A stretch of 20,109 nucleotides of DNA from a virus, in IMG/VR virus record IMGVR_UViG_3300050190_000090, positions 1-20,109 of that record; one strand, given 5' to 3'. Position numbers and translations under genes: made by a program. Below are positions 8,479 to 15,314 of the stretch, one piece after another (position 1 is the stretch's first letter; each line of letters begins with the position of its first letter). The notes under the pieces are model-generated. The model saw only the letters and a list, made by a program, of their open reading frames with translations. It did no database searches and was not told the origin of the DNA.

Positions 8479-9024
8479 TCAATCTAAAAACTTAAGCATG
8501 CCGCTCTCAAAATCGAGCCTGCAAGTGTCAAGGTCTTTGGCGGTCACATATTTGCGGCCGAACTGCTCTTTCATCGAAGTCCAAACTTTCCATGGTACCC
8601 GGAAGAAATCACAAAATCCGAAGGAAACCATGACAAAGCACTTGGCTCCGAGCCGAAAATGCAGGTTGAGGGCGTCGGTCTGCTCCGGCGTCACACGGTT
8701 TTGTGCCATTTTTTCGGTGTCAGTGTGTTTTGCCTCAAAGCAGACCGCATGGCCGCCGCTCAGTGTGCCCTTGAAATCCGGCTGGGCCTTTTTCTCAAAG
8801 TTTGCGATGAACCTGCCCTCACCGAGATCCTTTATCGGTCGCATGGGCTCCGGTGTTTTCTCTATGTAGGCACGCCCTTCATTTTTATAAACCTCGCAGG
8901 CTCCGATAATAAGATTTTCAAAGGTTCTCCCACTGTTTCGATTTACCGCTCCTTGCAACTGACGTCTGGGATGCGTGCAATCTGCGATCATTGCCCTGAA
9001 ATCAGCTGAGGTCATGTCACCCAT
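8479..9024 (-). CDS. recU: RecU-like Holliday junction resolvase (PD-(D/E)xK)
   Basis: AAGGAGGA RBS. GRTFENLI ... PDFKGTLSGGHAVCFEAKHT ... VTPEQ follows the RecU layout with the D...EAK catalytic motif. Confidence 0.7.
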   Translation of the reverse strand: MGDMTSADFRAMIADCTHPRRQLQGAVNRNSGRTFENLIIGACEVYKNEGRAYIEKTPEPMRPIKDLGEGRFIANFEKKAQPDFKGTLSGGHAVCFEAKHTDTEKMAQNRVTPEQTDALNLHFRLGAKCFVMVSFGFCDFFRVPWKVWTSMKEQFGRKYVTAKDLDTCRLDFESGMLKFLD

Positions 9025-9038
9025 GGGCGTGTCCTCCT

Positions 9039-9782
9039 TTATCCTGTGTCGTTATCGTCTTCATCCGGCAGCCGACCGCCTCCTTCCGCAAGGTCAACCG
9101 CGCCTTCTCTTATGCATTTCAGATATTTTGACGTGCCGGTTCTCTCTGAGCTGTAAACCTGATAGTCAAGCATCCTGTATCCTTTGGGTGTTGGTATTAT
9201 TCTTTTGGGATCGATGCGCTTGATCTTCTTGTATTTCACGATTGGCTTTTTTAAGTTTCGGCTTGATGACCAGCGCCGCTTATGCTCCTCAGGTTTCTCC
9301 TTAGTGATATAGTGTGCAAGTCCGGTGTAATCGCCTCCGTCAAGATTGCTGCTGAGAACTCTCCCAAGTTTCCAAAGCTTTGTTGCAGCATCCCTGCTCA
9401 TGCCGCTCATAATGAGGTGATGGTGTTCGCGCCCCTTTTCCCCTGTTTCCGTCACTGCAATCCATTTTATTTCTGGGAGAGCATTTTTCCGACGGTAATC
9501 GCGTAATCGCCTGAAATAGTTTTTAAGTTCCTTCTCAGGTTCTCCTTTTTTCGGGCGGCAGGCATATGTCAGGGTTATAAATAAGTCCTCCTCTGCAAAA
9601 TTGCCATTAATTAGCCTGCTGAGTTTTTTCCGAGCATTTTGTTCGTTAAATTCCTGCTGCTGTTCTGGTGTTAAACCTTGATTGCCTTTTCTCCTTGTAT
9701 ATGTTTCGCCCGGTTGGCGGAAGGAGACTATTTCTTCTATCTCACAAACCGGACCCGAATAAATATATTTACGGTAATTCAT
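9039..9782 (-). CDS. Rolling-circle replication initiator, HUH endonuclease (pC194/Rep_1-like motif set)
   Basis: Motif 1 is FITLTY, motif 2 is EHHHLIMSG (HUH) and motif 3 is YTGLAHYITKE (catalytic Tyr context). ATG at 9782 is preferred over the track's GTG at 9800, but the start is uncertain. Confidence 0.7.
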   Translation of the reverse strand: MNYRKYIYSGPVCEIEEIVSFRQPGETYTRRKGNQGLTPEQQQEFNEQNARKKLSRLINGNFAEEDLFITLTYACRPKKGEPEKELKNYFRRLRDYRRKNALPEIKWIAVTETGEKGREHHHLIMSGMSRDAATKLWKLGRVLSSNLDGGDYTGLAHYITKEKPEEHKRRWSSSRNLKKPIVKYKKIKRIDPKRIIPTPKGYRMLDYQVYSSERTGTSKYLKCIREGAVDLAEGGGRLPDEDDNDTG

Positions 9783-9856
9783 ATTGCCATTTACCCCCAC
9801 GTCCTTAAAATAATGATATTATCGAGGATTTAAAGAGCCTTCCTTAGCCCTTTTAA

Positions 9857-9885
9857 TTGACAACATATTGGGGTTATGTTATACT
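9857..9885 (+). promoter_or_regulatory. Near-consensus sigma-A promoter: TTGACA, 17 nt, TGtTATACT (extended -10)
   Basis: TTGACA at 9857-9862, TG at 9877-9878 and TATACT at 9880-9885. Confidence 0.7.
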
Positions 9886-9891
9886 GTTTTC

Positions 9892-9959
9892 AAGGTGTTC
9901 ACTACAATATGTTGTATGGTGCTTAGTGGCTCGATGTACAGTCGAGCCACTATTTTTTT
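9892..9959 (+). ncRNA. Candidate ~68-nt sRNA, antisense to the leader of the rep mRNA
   Basis: Strong promoter followed within ~70 nt by an intrinsic terminator. No ORF beyond 5 codons. It lies in the 179-bp gap between two minus-strand genes. Confidence 0.55.
9925..9959 (+). terminator. Rho-independent terminator (plus-strand specific)
   Basis: 10-bp perfect stem AGTGGCTCGA/TCGAGCCACT with a 7-nt loop, then A followed by TTTTTTT. The minus-strand reading has no U tract. Confidence 0.75.
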
Positions 9960-9979
9960 GTGGCTTTTTATTTCATATC

Positions 9980-10615
9980 TCATGTGGTATCATCATCCTC
10001 TTCAGGTTGCTCTTCTGTGAAGCCGATTTGAGGATACTCTTCGATGTCTCCTGCGGCTTTCCTTGTTGAAAATGCAAAACGACATTGTTTTGTTAATTCT
10101 TCCATTTGAACAACAAAATCCTTGTTTATGATTTCATAAGGCATGATAACAGCCATTATCATAAAACCGGTCTTTGCAACTATGTATATCTTTCCATTGG
10201 TTGTAAGCCGCTCGTATAATTCCAAGGTGTCAGCAGTGTCAGAAAGAGGGCTTAGATACTTGGCATCAATAAAGACAAGGCCACGCTGAGTTTTTAGCGG
10301 AATAAGTACCCGCCCCGCTGCGACAATATTGAGCTTTTCGCTTTCAAGCCTGTTTTCGCAGGGCACAGCATCCTCAAAGGAGAATTGAGTCGGTAAATCT
10401 TCATGTTTATAAGTATATTTGTCATGAATTTTTTCAGGGATATCGAAGATAGCAAATATGCTTTCCTCCTCAAGGTTCGGTAACTCAAACGCTGGATACA
10501 TGACAGCACCGTCACCGATCCACTGCACATCAATTCCTCCGTCGCTCAACTTTTTGTCGTAAATGAAAATGCGCTTACTTTTTGCGCAGATTGAAGCTAT
10601 AGACTTAATTTTCAT
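9980..10615 (-). CDS. Hypothetical protein with acidic C-terminal tail
   Basis: 211-aa ORF with GGAGGAG RBS. It ends EEQPEEDDDTT. No motif recognised. Confidence 0.65.
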   Translation of the reverse strand: MKIKSIASICAKSKRIFIYDKKLSDGGIDVQWIGDGAVMYPAFELPNLEEESIFAIFDIPEKIHDKYTYKHEDLPTQFSFEDAVPCENRLESEKLNIVAAGRVLIPLKTQRGLVFIDAKYLSPLSDTADTLELYERLTTNGKIYIVAKTGFMIMAVIMPYEIINKDFVVQMEELTKQCRFAFSTRKAAGDIEEYPQIGFTEEQPEEDDDTT

Positions 10616-10841
10616 GCTTAATTGCTCCTCCGTCTTTCCTATTCCTTGTTTCCTCTGCTATGACTCGTTCATACGCCGGAGCGCTATATTTCGACAGTTG
10701 GCCACTCAGGCATTCTTCAGTTTGCTTGATAATCTCCTTGACTGCTTCAGGGCATCGCTCAATGTTTATATTGCTGCCGGTGCTCGCGACAATCCCGTGG
10801 TGATCCATCATTATGGTTATTGTGGCTATTCCCCATATCAT
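10605..10841 (-). CDS. Hypothetical small protein
   Basis: 78-aa ORF with GAGGGA RBS 6 nt upstream. It overlaps the next start by 11 nt. Confidence 0.55.
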   Translation of the reverse strand: MIWGIATITIMMDHHGIVASTGSNINIERCPEAVKEIIKQTEECLSGQLSKYSAPAYERVIAEETRNRKDGGAIKHEN

Positions 10842-10907
10842 TGCGTGTCCCTCATTTCGTCTGTTTCTACCCCCTTTTATTTAAAGGCTTTGCAGCCACT
10901 ATATTGA

Positions 10908-11255
10908 TTAAAAGAGTGATGTTTGTCTCGGCTTATTCTCATCTGGTATGATTTCAATTTCTTTATCTCGAGATCGATCACGTTTTTTATATTGTTTCAC
11001 TTCCATCTGCTCAGCAATCTCAGTGAGGATGCAGCTGCCATAGCCAAGCCGAATTTCATACCCTTCGTTTAAATAATCCGATTCCGCACCCACATCACGC
11101 TTGAGGCGCTGTAAGCGGCAACAAAATTCCGTGTAATCGATGCTGAGCCATCCGTCCCCGCCTTCGTTAAACCGAATGCTCACTCGTGGAAAGCCGCTTT
11201 TTAATGTCGGTGGGTTTAGGCCGTATATCTTCCAATAAGGCTGCTCGCAAACCAT
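10908..11255 (-). CDS. Hypothetical protein
   Basis: ATG at 11255 is preceded by AAAGGGAGGG. The track's upstream start at 11285 lies inside the palindrome. The product is 115 aa. Confidence 0.6.
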   Translation of the reverse strand: MVCEQPYWKIYGLNPPTLKSGFPRVSIRFNEGGDGWLSIDYTEFCCRLQRLKRDVGAESDYLNEGYEIRLGYGSCILTEIAEQMEVKQYKKRDRSRDKEIEIIPDENKPRQTSLF

Positions 11256-11269
11256 GATCAACCCTCCCT

Positions 11270-11285
11270 TTGCAGTTGACTGCAA
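11270..11285. promoter_or_regulatory. Perfect palindrome TTGCAGTTGACTGCAA, 14 nt upstream of the 11255 start codon
   Basis: Identical to 4994-5009. It sits immediately 5' of the RBS on the minus strand. Confidence 0.5.
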
Positions 11286-11436
11286 AACGTATTTCCGTGA
11301 GTTTCGCTCGGCCCCGAATAATTCTCAGCGGGAGTGGTAGGACTTTCAACGGAGGCCGATATAGCCTGTCCATATCTATTTGCCACTCACTCTCTACTGG
11401 CGATTGGATATAAGTGTCCGACTTCTATCCTTTCTC

Positions 11437-11463
11437 GGAGCCGAGCGCAGCCCGCGGCTGCGT
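11437..11463. repeat. GC-rich hairpin repeat, copy A (GGAGCCGAGCGCAGCCCGCGGCTGCGT)
   Basis: 23/27 identical to 12322-12348. The stem GCGCAGCC/GGCTGCGT has a 3-nt loop. Confidence 0.5.
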
Positions 11464-11531
11464 AACTGTTACATTGGTCCCACCCATCCTTTCACGGTAA
11501 GTCAAGCCCAAGGTTGCTATCTCATTTTCAC

Positions 11532-11560
11532 TTGTAATATTTAGCCTTATGGTGTAATAT
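11532..11560 (+). promoter_or_regulatory. Sigma-A-type promoter: TTGTAA, 17 nt, TAATAT
   Basis: Hexamers at 11532-11537 and 11555-11560, with the RBS GGAAGGAGG ~10 nt downstream. The -10, leader and RBS are shared with 15700-15732. Confidence 0.5.
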
Positions 11561-11582
11561 GGTGTCGGAAGGAGGCGATTGT

Positions 11583-11978
11583 ATGCCAACAACTGGAGAG
11601 AAGCCGGGCAAGGGTTATTACAAATGCATAAAATGCTGGACAGTTATTCTTCTTGATAATGATGTTGATACTTTGCCACCATGCCCGCATTGTGAAAACA
11701 TAGATTTCTTAAATAGCGGAAAGCTATTTCCGTGGACAAACAATAATATTGAAGATGCAATACAAATTATCGATTTAGATAAGAAATTAAATCCTTCCGA
11801 AAAGGAAGATTTTAAGTCTGTAATCCCCGATCTGATTTCAGAAACTCCTAAGACCAATGCTGCATTACAAAAAGCAAAAAAGTATATGAAAAAGTTCGGA
11901 ACTTCTGCTGCCTTGTCGTTTAGACAATTTATAATTGACTGGTCCTGCGAATTTGTAAAAAAATCACTACAGGGGTAA
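11583..11978 (+). CDS. Zinc-ribbon protein; opposite-strand moron of unknown function
   Basis: 131 aa from the ATG at 11583 with a GGAAGGAGG RBS. The ribbon is CIKC-x19-CPHC, followed by a helical Lys-rich C-terminal half. Confidence 0.7.
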   Translation: MPTTGEKPGKGYYKCIKCWTVILLDNDVDTLPPCPHCENIDFLNSGKLFPWTNNNIEDAIQIIDLDKKLNPSEKEDFKSVIPDLISETPKTNAALQKAKKYMKKFGTSAALSFRQFIIDWSCEFVKKSLQG

Positions 11979-11992
11979 ACTTATGCTTGGTA

Positions 11993-12229
11993 TCATCCCC
12001 ACGCGTTGTGGCGTTTAAGAACGTCAATTAACTCGGGCGCGTATTCTTCATCAATATTTACAACTATGTATTCAGATTTTGAATTGCGCCCTTGTAATAC
12101 ACGCATATTGCCAATCCAATGGTTGGCCTCGTTAATCGCATTCTGAAGTTTCAGAGGTAGCAGTTCAATATCAGATAGTTTAAAAACAAGATGGGTAAGG
12201 CGCCCGCCGCATTTCATAGATTTATTCAT
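11993..12229 (-). CDS. Hypothetical small protein
   Basis: ATG at 12229 is preceded by GGGGGAGGAGGA. The track's start at 12340 would add a Gly-rich extension with no RBS. The product is 78 aa. Confidence 0.6.
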   Translation of the reverse strand: MNKSMKCGGRLTHLVFKLSDIELLPLKLQNAINEANHWIGNMRVLQGRNSKSEYIVVNIDEEYAPELIDVLKRHNAWG

Positions 12230-12321
12230 ATTATGTCCTCCTCCCCCTGTTCTTTTTCCGTGGGTTCCGCGCGGCCCCAAAATCACAGTTGCAACTGCCA
12301 AACAGCCATGATTTTTATTTA

Positions 12322-12348
12322 GGAGCTGCGCGCAGCCCACGGCTGCGC
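12322..12348. repeat. GC-rich hairpin repeat, copy B (GGAGCTGCGCGCAGCCCACGGCTGCGC)
   Basis: 8-bp perfect stem GCGCAGCC/GGCTGCGC, similar to 11437-11463. Confidence 0.5.
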
Positions 12349-12423
12349 TATGTATTTATTCTGATATTGCGCGGCCTTTTCGTGCAATATGGGCATATGT
12401 AACCTTTGCGCGGGATCCTGGCC

Positions 12424-12594
12424 TTAATGCTTATGTTCCAGCCTTTTCGGCAAACTGAGCATCTTGCGTTCAAGCTTAATCAGCCCCTTCCGGAGCGAAC
12501 GGATCTGCAACAAGCATCTGAATATCAGAGCAGCGCAGCCTATCCAAATTGAGATAAACATTAGATAGATAATCAGATCGTATATGGTGTGCAT
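12424..12594 (-). CDS. Small single-pass membrane protein (56 aa, below the track's size cutoff)
   Basis: AGGAG lies 8 nt upstream of the ATG at 12594. It has a hydrophobic LIIYLMFISIWIGCAALIF segment followed by a basic tail. Confidence 0.45.
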   Translation of the reverse strand: MHTIYDLIIYLMFISIWIGCAALIFRCLLQIRSLRKGLIKLERKMLSLPKRLEHKH

Positions 12595-12605
12595 AAGTGA
12601 TTCTC

Positions 12606-13880
12606 CTATTCTTCCGGGTCGTATTCTTCTTTCACGTCTTCGGCGTCAATCAAACTATCCATGTCGTCAAATGCGCACTGGCGGTTTTCGAGAAGTGCAT
12701 CCGTGCTGTCAAACACATCTAAAATAGTGGGAATTCCCTTGCTTCGCGTTTTATAGAGTTTTCTCAATTCTTCTGCCATGCCGTAGTCCATGAGCGCTTT
12801 CCACTGCGAATGGTGCGTATGGCGTAACATTTGCTGATGATTGTTTTTATATAAGATGTCTGTTGCACAACCCATGCAGCCATTGCGTTGCATTTTGTGT
12901 TCTATTCCTTTATTGTCCGTGTAAGCCACGTTGTATACTTCCGAATATGGCACATCAAAAGTGTGTATGTACTCCCAAATATCATCATCCGTCCAAATCT
13001 GTAATGGATTGCAATGGTAAAAAGGGTCTTCTCCGAGATGCGGCCTATGAGATTTAAATAAATATCCTCGCGTTGCAAAATTGATTTTCCTCGTCCGGCT
13101 TTCTGATGCCATTAAGCCTTTGAATATCACATCGACATCAAGTTCCACCTGCAATTTTTCGGAAGGTTCCTTTTTAATGAGCTTGCAACAGTGCTGCGAA
13201 AATTTGCACTCTCTCAAGATGTCATAATATTTCAGGAGCTCTTCTTTATTGCTTGCGCTTTCAGAAAATTTTAAAAAACAGTCAATATTGATTCTCCTTG
13301 CGTCAAGCTTTGAGGCCGCCTTGCCTAAAATCGGGAAACCGTACTGATCTGCGCACCACCAATAAGACATTATTGTCCCAGCAGGCCAAACAAGATTCCG
13401 TTTTTTAAAGTCCTCCCACATCTCATGAGTTGCCTTTTGTTCAAAAGAGTGGGTATTTTTAAGCTTGCCATCATCTTTTAGCACCTCTGAAAGCCTGCCC
13501 TCTTTAATGAGCCATTCCAGCACTTCACGCTGAGCCTGATATTTTAAACCATTTTCTTCGGTGCGGCTAAGTTGTGTTTCGTAAAAGTGTTCACCGCCCC
13601 ATTTTTTCCCGAGTTGACGGGCAAATTTTAAACTTTCAGGGTATTCAACGCCAGTATTTCCAAAGATGATTTCAGGCGTTCTTTCGGGAAAATATGTACG
13701 AATTAAATGCCACAAAACGGTGCTGTCTTTACCACCGCTAAACGCAATGGCTGTATTATGCGTTGATACTGCAAATCCGGCGGCTATTGCTTCAATGGCT
13801 TTGTCTATCTTGTAGTCAAGTGGCTTTTTGATTTCGGCCGCAATGTCGGTAAATGATATGTACGTGTTTATCCCTCCAAT
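12606..13880 (-). CDS. PAPS-reductase / DndC-like PP-loop ATPase family protein. Coordinates give the maximal open frame; the start is unresolved.
   Basis: SGGKDS PP-loop at 13722-13739. Downstream are NPLQIWTDDDIWEYIHTFDVPYSEVY and RNGCMGCATD. The first ATG/GTG/TTG is TTG at 13715, which lies 3' of the PP-loop. Confidence 0.7.
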   Translation of the reverse strand: MGGINTYISFTDIAAEIKKPLDYKIDKAIEAIAAGFAVSTHNTAIAFSGGKDSTVLWHLIRTYFPERTPEIIFGNTGVEYPESLKFARQLGKKWGGEHFYETQLSRTEENGLKYQAQREVLEWLIKEGRLSEVLKDDGKLKNTHSFEQKATHEMWEDFKKRNLVWPAGTIMSYWWCADQYGFPILGKAASKLDARRINIDCFLKFSESASNKEELLKYYDILRECKFSQHCCKLIKKEPSEKLQVELDVDVIFKGLMASESRTRKINFATRGYLFKSHRPHLGEDPFYHCNPLQIWTDDDIWEYIHTFDVPYSEVYNVAYTDNKGIEHKMQRNGCMGCATDILYKNNHQQMLRHTHHSQWKALMDYGMAEELRKLYKTRSKGIPTILDVFDSTDALLENRQCAFDDMDSLIDAEDVKEEYDPEE

Positions 13881-14236
13881 TCACCAAGCGCAGCCGCGAT
13901 CTCGGCCTCACGCTTTATGTAGCCGTTTAATGCGTCAGGCCTGTGCAGCCCCATCACTTCAACCACTCTCCGGCTGACCTGAACCTTATTTAGTTGCTCT
14001 TTTAATTCCCGAATTGTTACTCGAACCGATCGTCCCGAAATGTAACGGCTATTATCAGAGGTTAAGTGCGGGTAATCTGTAGGGTCGTCAGGTTCAAATT
14101 TATCGGGGCACTCCGGAAAATCGTCCTTGTCGGGCTCTTCGGGCTACGCGGTGAATGTGGCCGTTAAACGCCGCTCTATGCCATTGAAAAAAGTCTCGCC
14201 GGTATTGCCCTGATGGTAAATTTCGCAAGCTGACAT
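13868..14236 (-). pseudogene. HTH-like ORF interrupted by one in-frame TAG (30 codons, TAG, 91 codons, TAA)
   Basis: GGAGGAATAAAAAAGTG precedes the ATG at 14236, and the TAG is at 14144-14146. The frame then stays open for 91 more sense codons, with no start codon until ~27 codons before the stop. Confidence 0.5.
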
Positions 14237-14307
14237 CACTTTTTTATTCCTCCTTTACATAAATTTCTAACCTCTGCTTGCCGAACTGTACCGCCGCGGC
14301 GTGGGTG

Positions 14308-14607
14308 TTATTTGCTCGCGTGCAATCTCGCATGTTCTTTCCTCGACATAATCATAAGATTTTCCGGTCGATTGTCGCGCTTATCGCCGTTGATAACGCT
14401 ACAATACTTAGAGGTTAACTTCTTTTTAGCGAAACTTTTCCCACAAGTCGGGCAAATGGAATACTGAGTTTCCGTTCTACTCTTATGCATCCCAACACAT
14501 TGCCGTGAGCAAAACCTCTGTTCATGGTCAGCACGAGCCGTGAAAGGCTTTCCACATTCCTCACAGACAAAGGTTTTCATTTTTCTGGATTTTGCGAAAT
14601 TATCCAT
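14308..14607 (-). CDS. HNH-endonuclease-like protein, probably degenerate
   Basis: Two CxxCGK...F...CS ribbons, then INGDKRDNRPENLMIMSRKEHARLH. The usual HH before NGD is replaced by SV. Confidence 0.6.
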   Translation of the reverse strand: MDNFAKSRKMKTFVCEECGKPFTARADHEQRFCSRQCVGMHKSRTETQYSICPTCGKSFAKKKLTSKYCSVINGDKRDNRPENLMIMSRKEHARLHASK

Positions 14608-15041
14608 ACCTTTAGCTCCTGTTTTCCGAAATTTAACGCCGATTGATGGTCGTTCATAAAAATATCAATATGTTTGCCTTTGATTTTGCCACCGATATCC
14701 TGCACTACTCGGGTGCCTTCAACCCCGTCTATTTGCACCTCTGTCCCTTCCGGCAGCACCGACCAGTCGGCCGCGATCGTTATACCCTCAACCGCTTTAA
14801 CTCCGCTTTTGGTTATGCCGTCCGTTTTTCCGCAATCCTCATATGTAGCGGAGTATGCCGTGACCGTAAATGTGCCTAAATCTATCAATGCGGTTTGCAC
14901 CCCGCTGCGCTGATCTGCTGAGCATTGGACGATTATTGTGTAAACCTGCGCTGGCTTGTCCGCTTTTGCCGGAAGCGGACCGATTATAAGTAGAAATACT
15001 GTAATTGCCGTAAGTACCGCGACTCTCTTTATATGTCGCAT
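14577..15041 (-). CDS. Secreted 3D-domain (MltA/RlpA-like fold) protein
   Basis: Signal peptide MRHIKRVAVLTAITVFLLIIGPLPAKA. The domain pattern is FTVTAYSATYEDCGKTDGITKSG ... TIAADWSVLPEGT ... VVQDIGGKIKGKHIDIFM. Confidence 0.7.
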   Translation of the reverse strand: MRHIKRVAVLTAITVFLLIIGPLPAKADKPAQVYTIIVQCSADQRSGVQTALIDLGTFTVTAYSATYEDCGKTDGITKSGVKAVEGITIAADWSVLPEGTEVQIDGVEGTRVVQDIGGKIKGKHIDIFMNDHQSALNFGKQELKVWIISQNPEK

Positions 15042-15059
15042 TACATCCCCTCCGATATT

Positions 15060-15314
15060 TCAGCTTTTATTTTGCATTGCTGCCGTTCCCCCGTTGCGCT
15101 GCCACTTATCAAGTTCGTCCTGGATAAAATAGATGCGATTGCCAACAAGATAATATAATCCTTCGAGCTTGCCTTGCTTATGTAGCCGCCGAAGCGTCCG
15201 CTCCGAGCAGGGTATGGCCGCGGCGGCCTCTTTGAAATCAAGTGGGGTGATCAAGCGGTTCACTTCCTTTCTACTCGTCGCACATGGTTGTTTTTTCTTG
15301 TCTTTTTCGCCCAT
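15060..15314 (-). CDS. Excisionase-family / HTH_17 DNA-binding protein
   Basis: ITPLDFKEAAAAIPCSERTLRRLHKQGKLEG...GNRIYFIQDELDKWQ is the typical MerR-like Xis/AlpA pattern. Confidence 0.65.
   Translation of the reverse strand: MGEKDKKKQPCATSRKEVNRLITPLDFKEAAAAIPCSERTLRRLHKQGKLEGLYYLVGNRIYFIQDELDKWQRNGGTAAMQNKS

Noticed and set aside
9857-10069. 70-aa plus-strand ORF
   Set aside because: Its TTG start is the -35 hexamer of the sRNA promoter. It runs through a strong terminator, and its product is Cys/Phe-rich nonsense.
10725-10731. pC194-type nick-site core CTTGATA as the double-strand origin
   Set aside because: A 7-mer is expected about twice by chance in 40 kb of two-strand sequence. Other copies exist (for example the minus strand near 15100 and 19735), and none has the flanking conserved context.
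11167-11373. 68-aa minus-strand ORF
   Set aside because: It overlaps the 10908-11255 CDS out of frame, crosses the palindrome and RBS, and has no SD.
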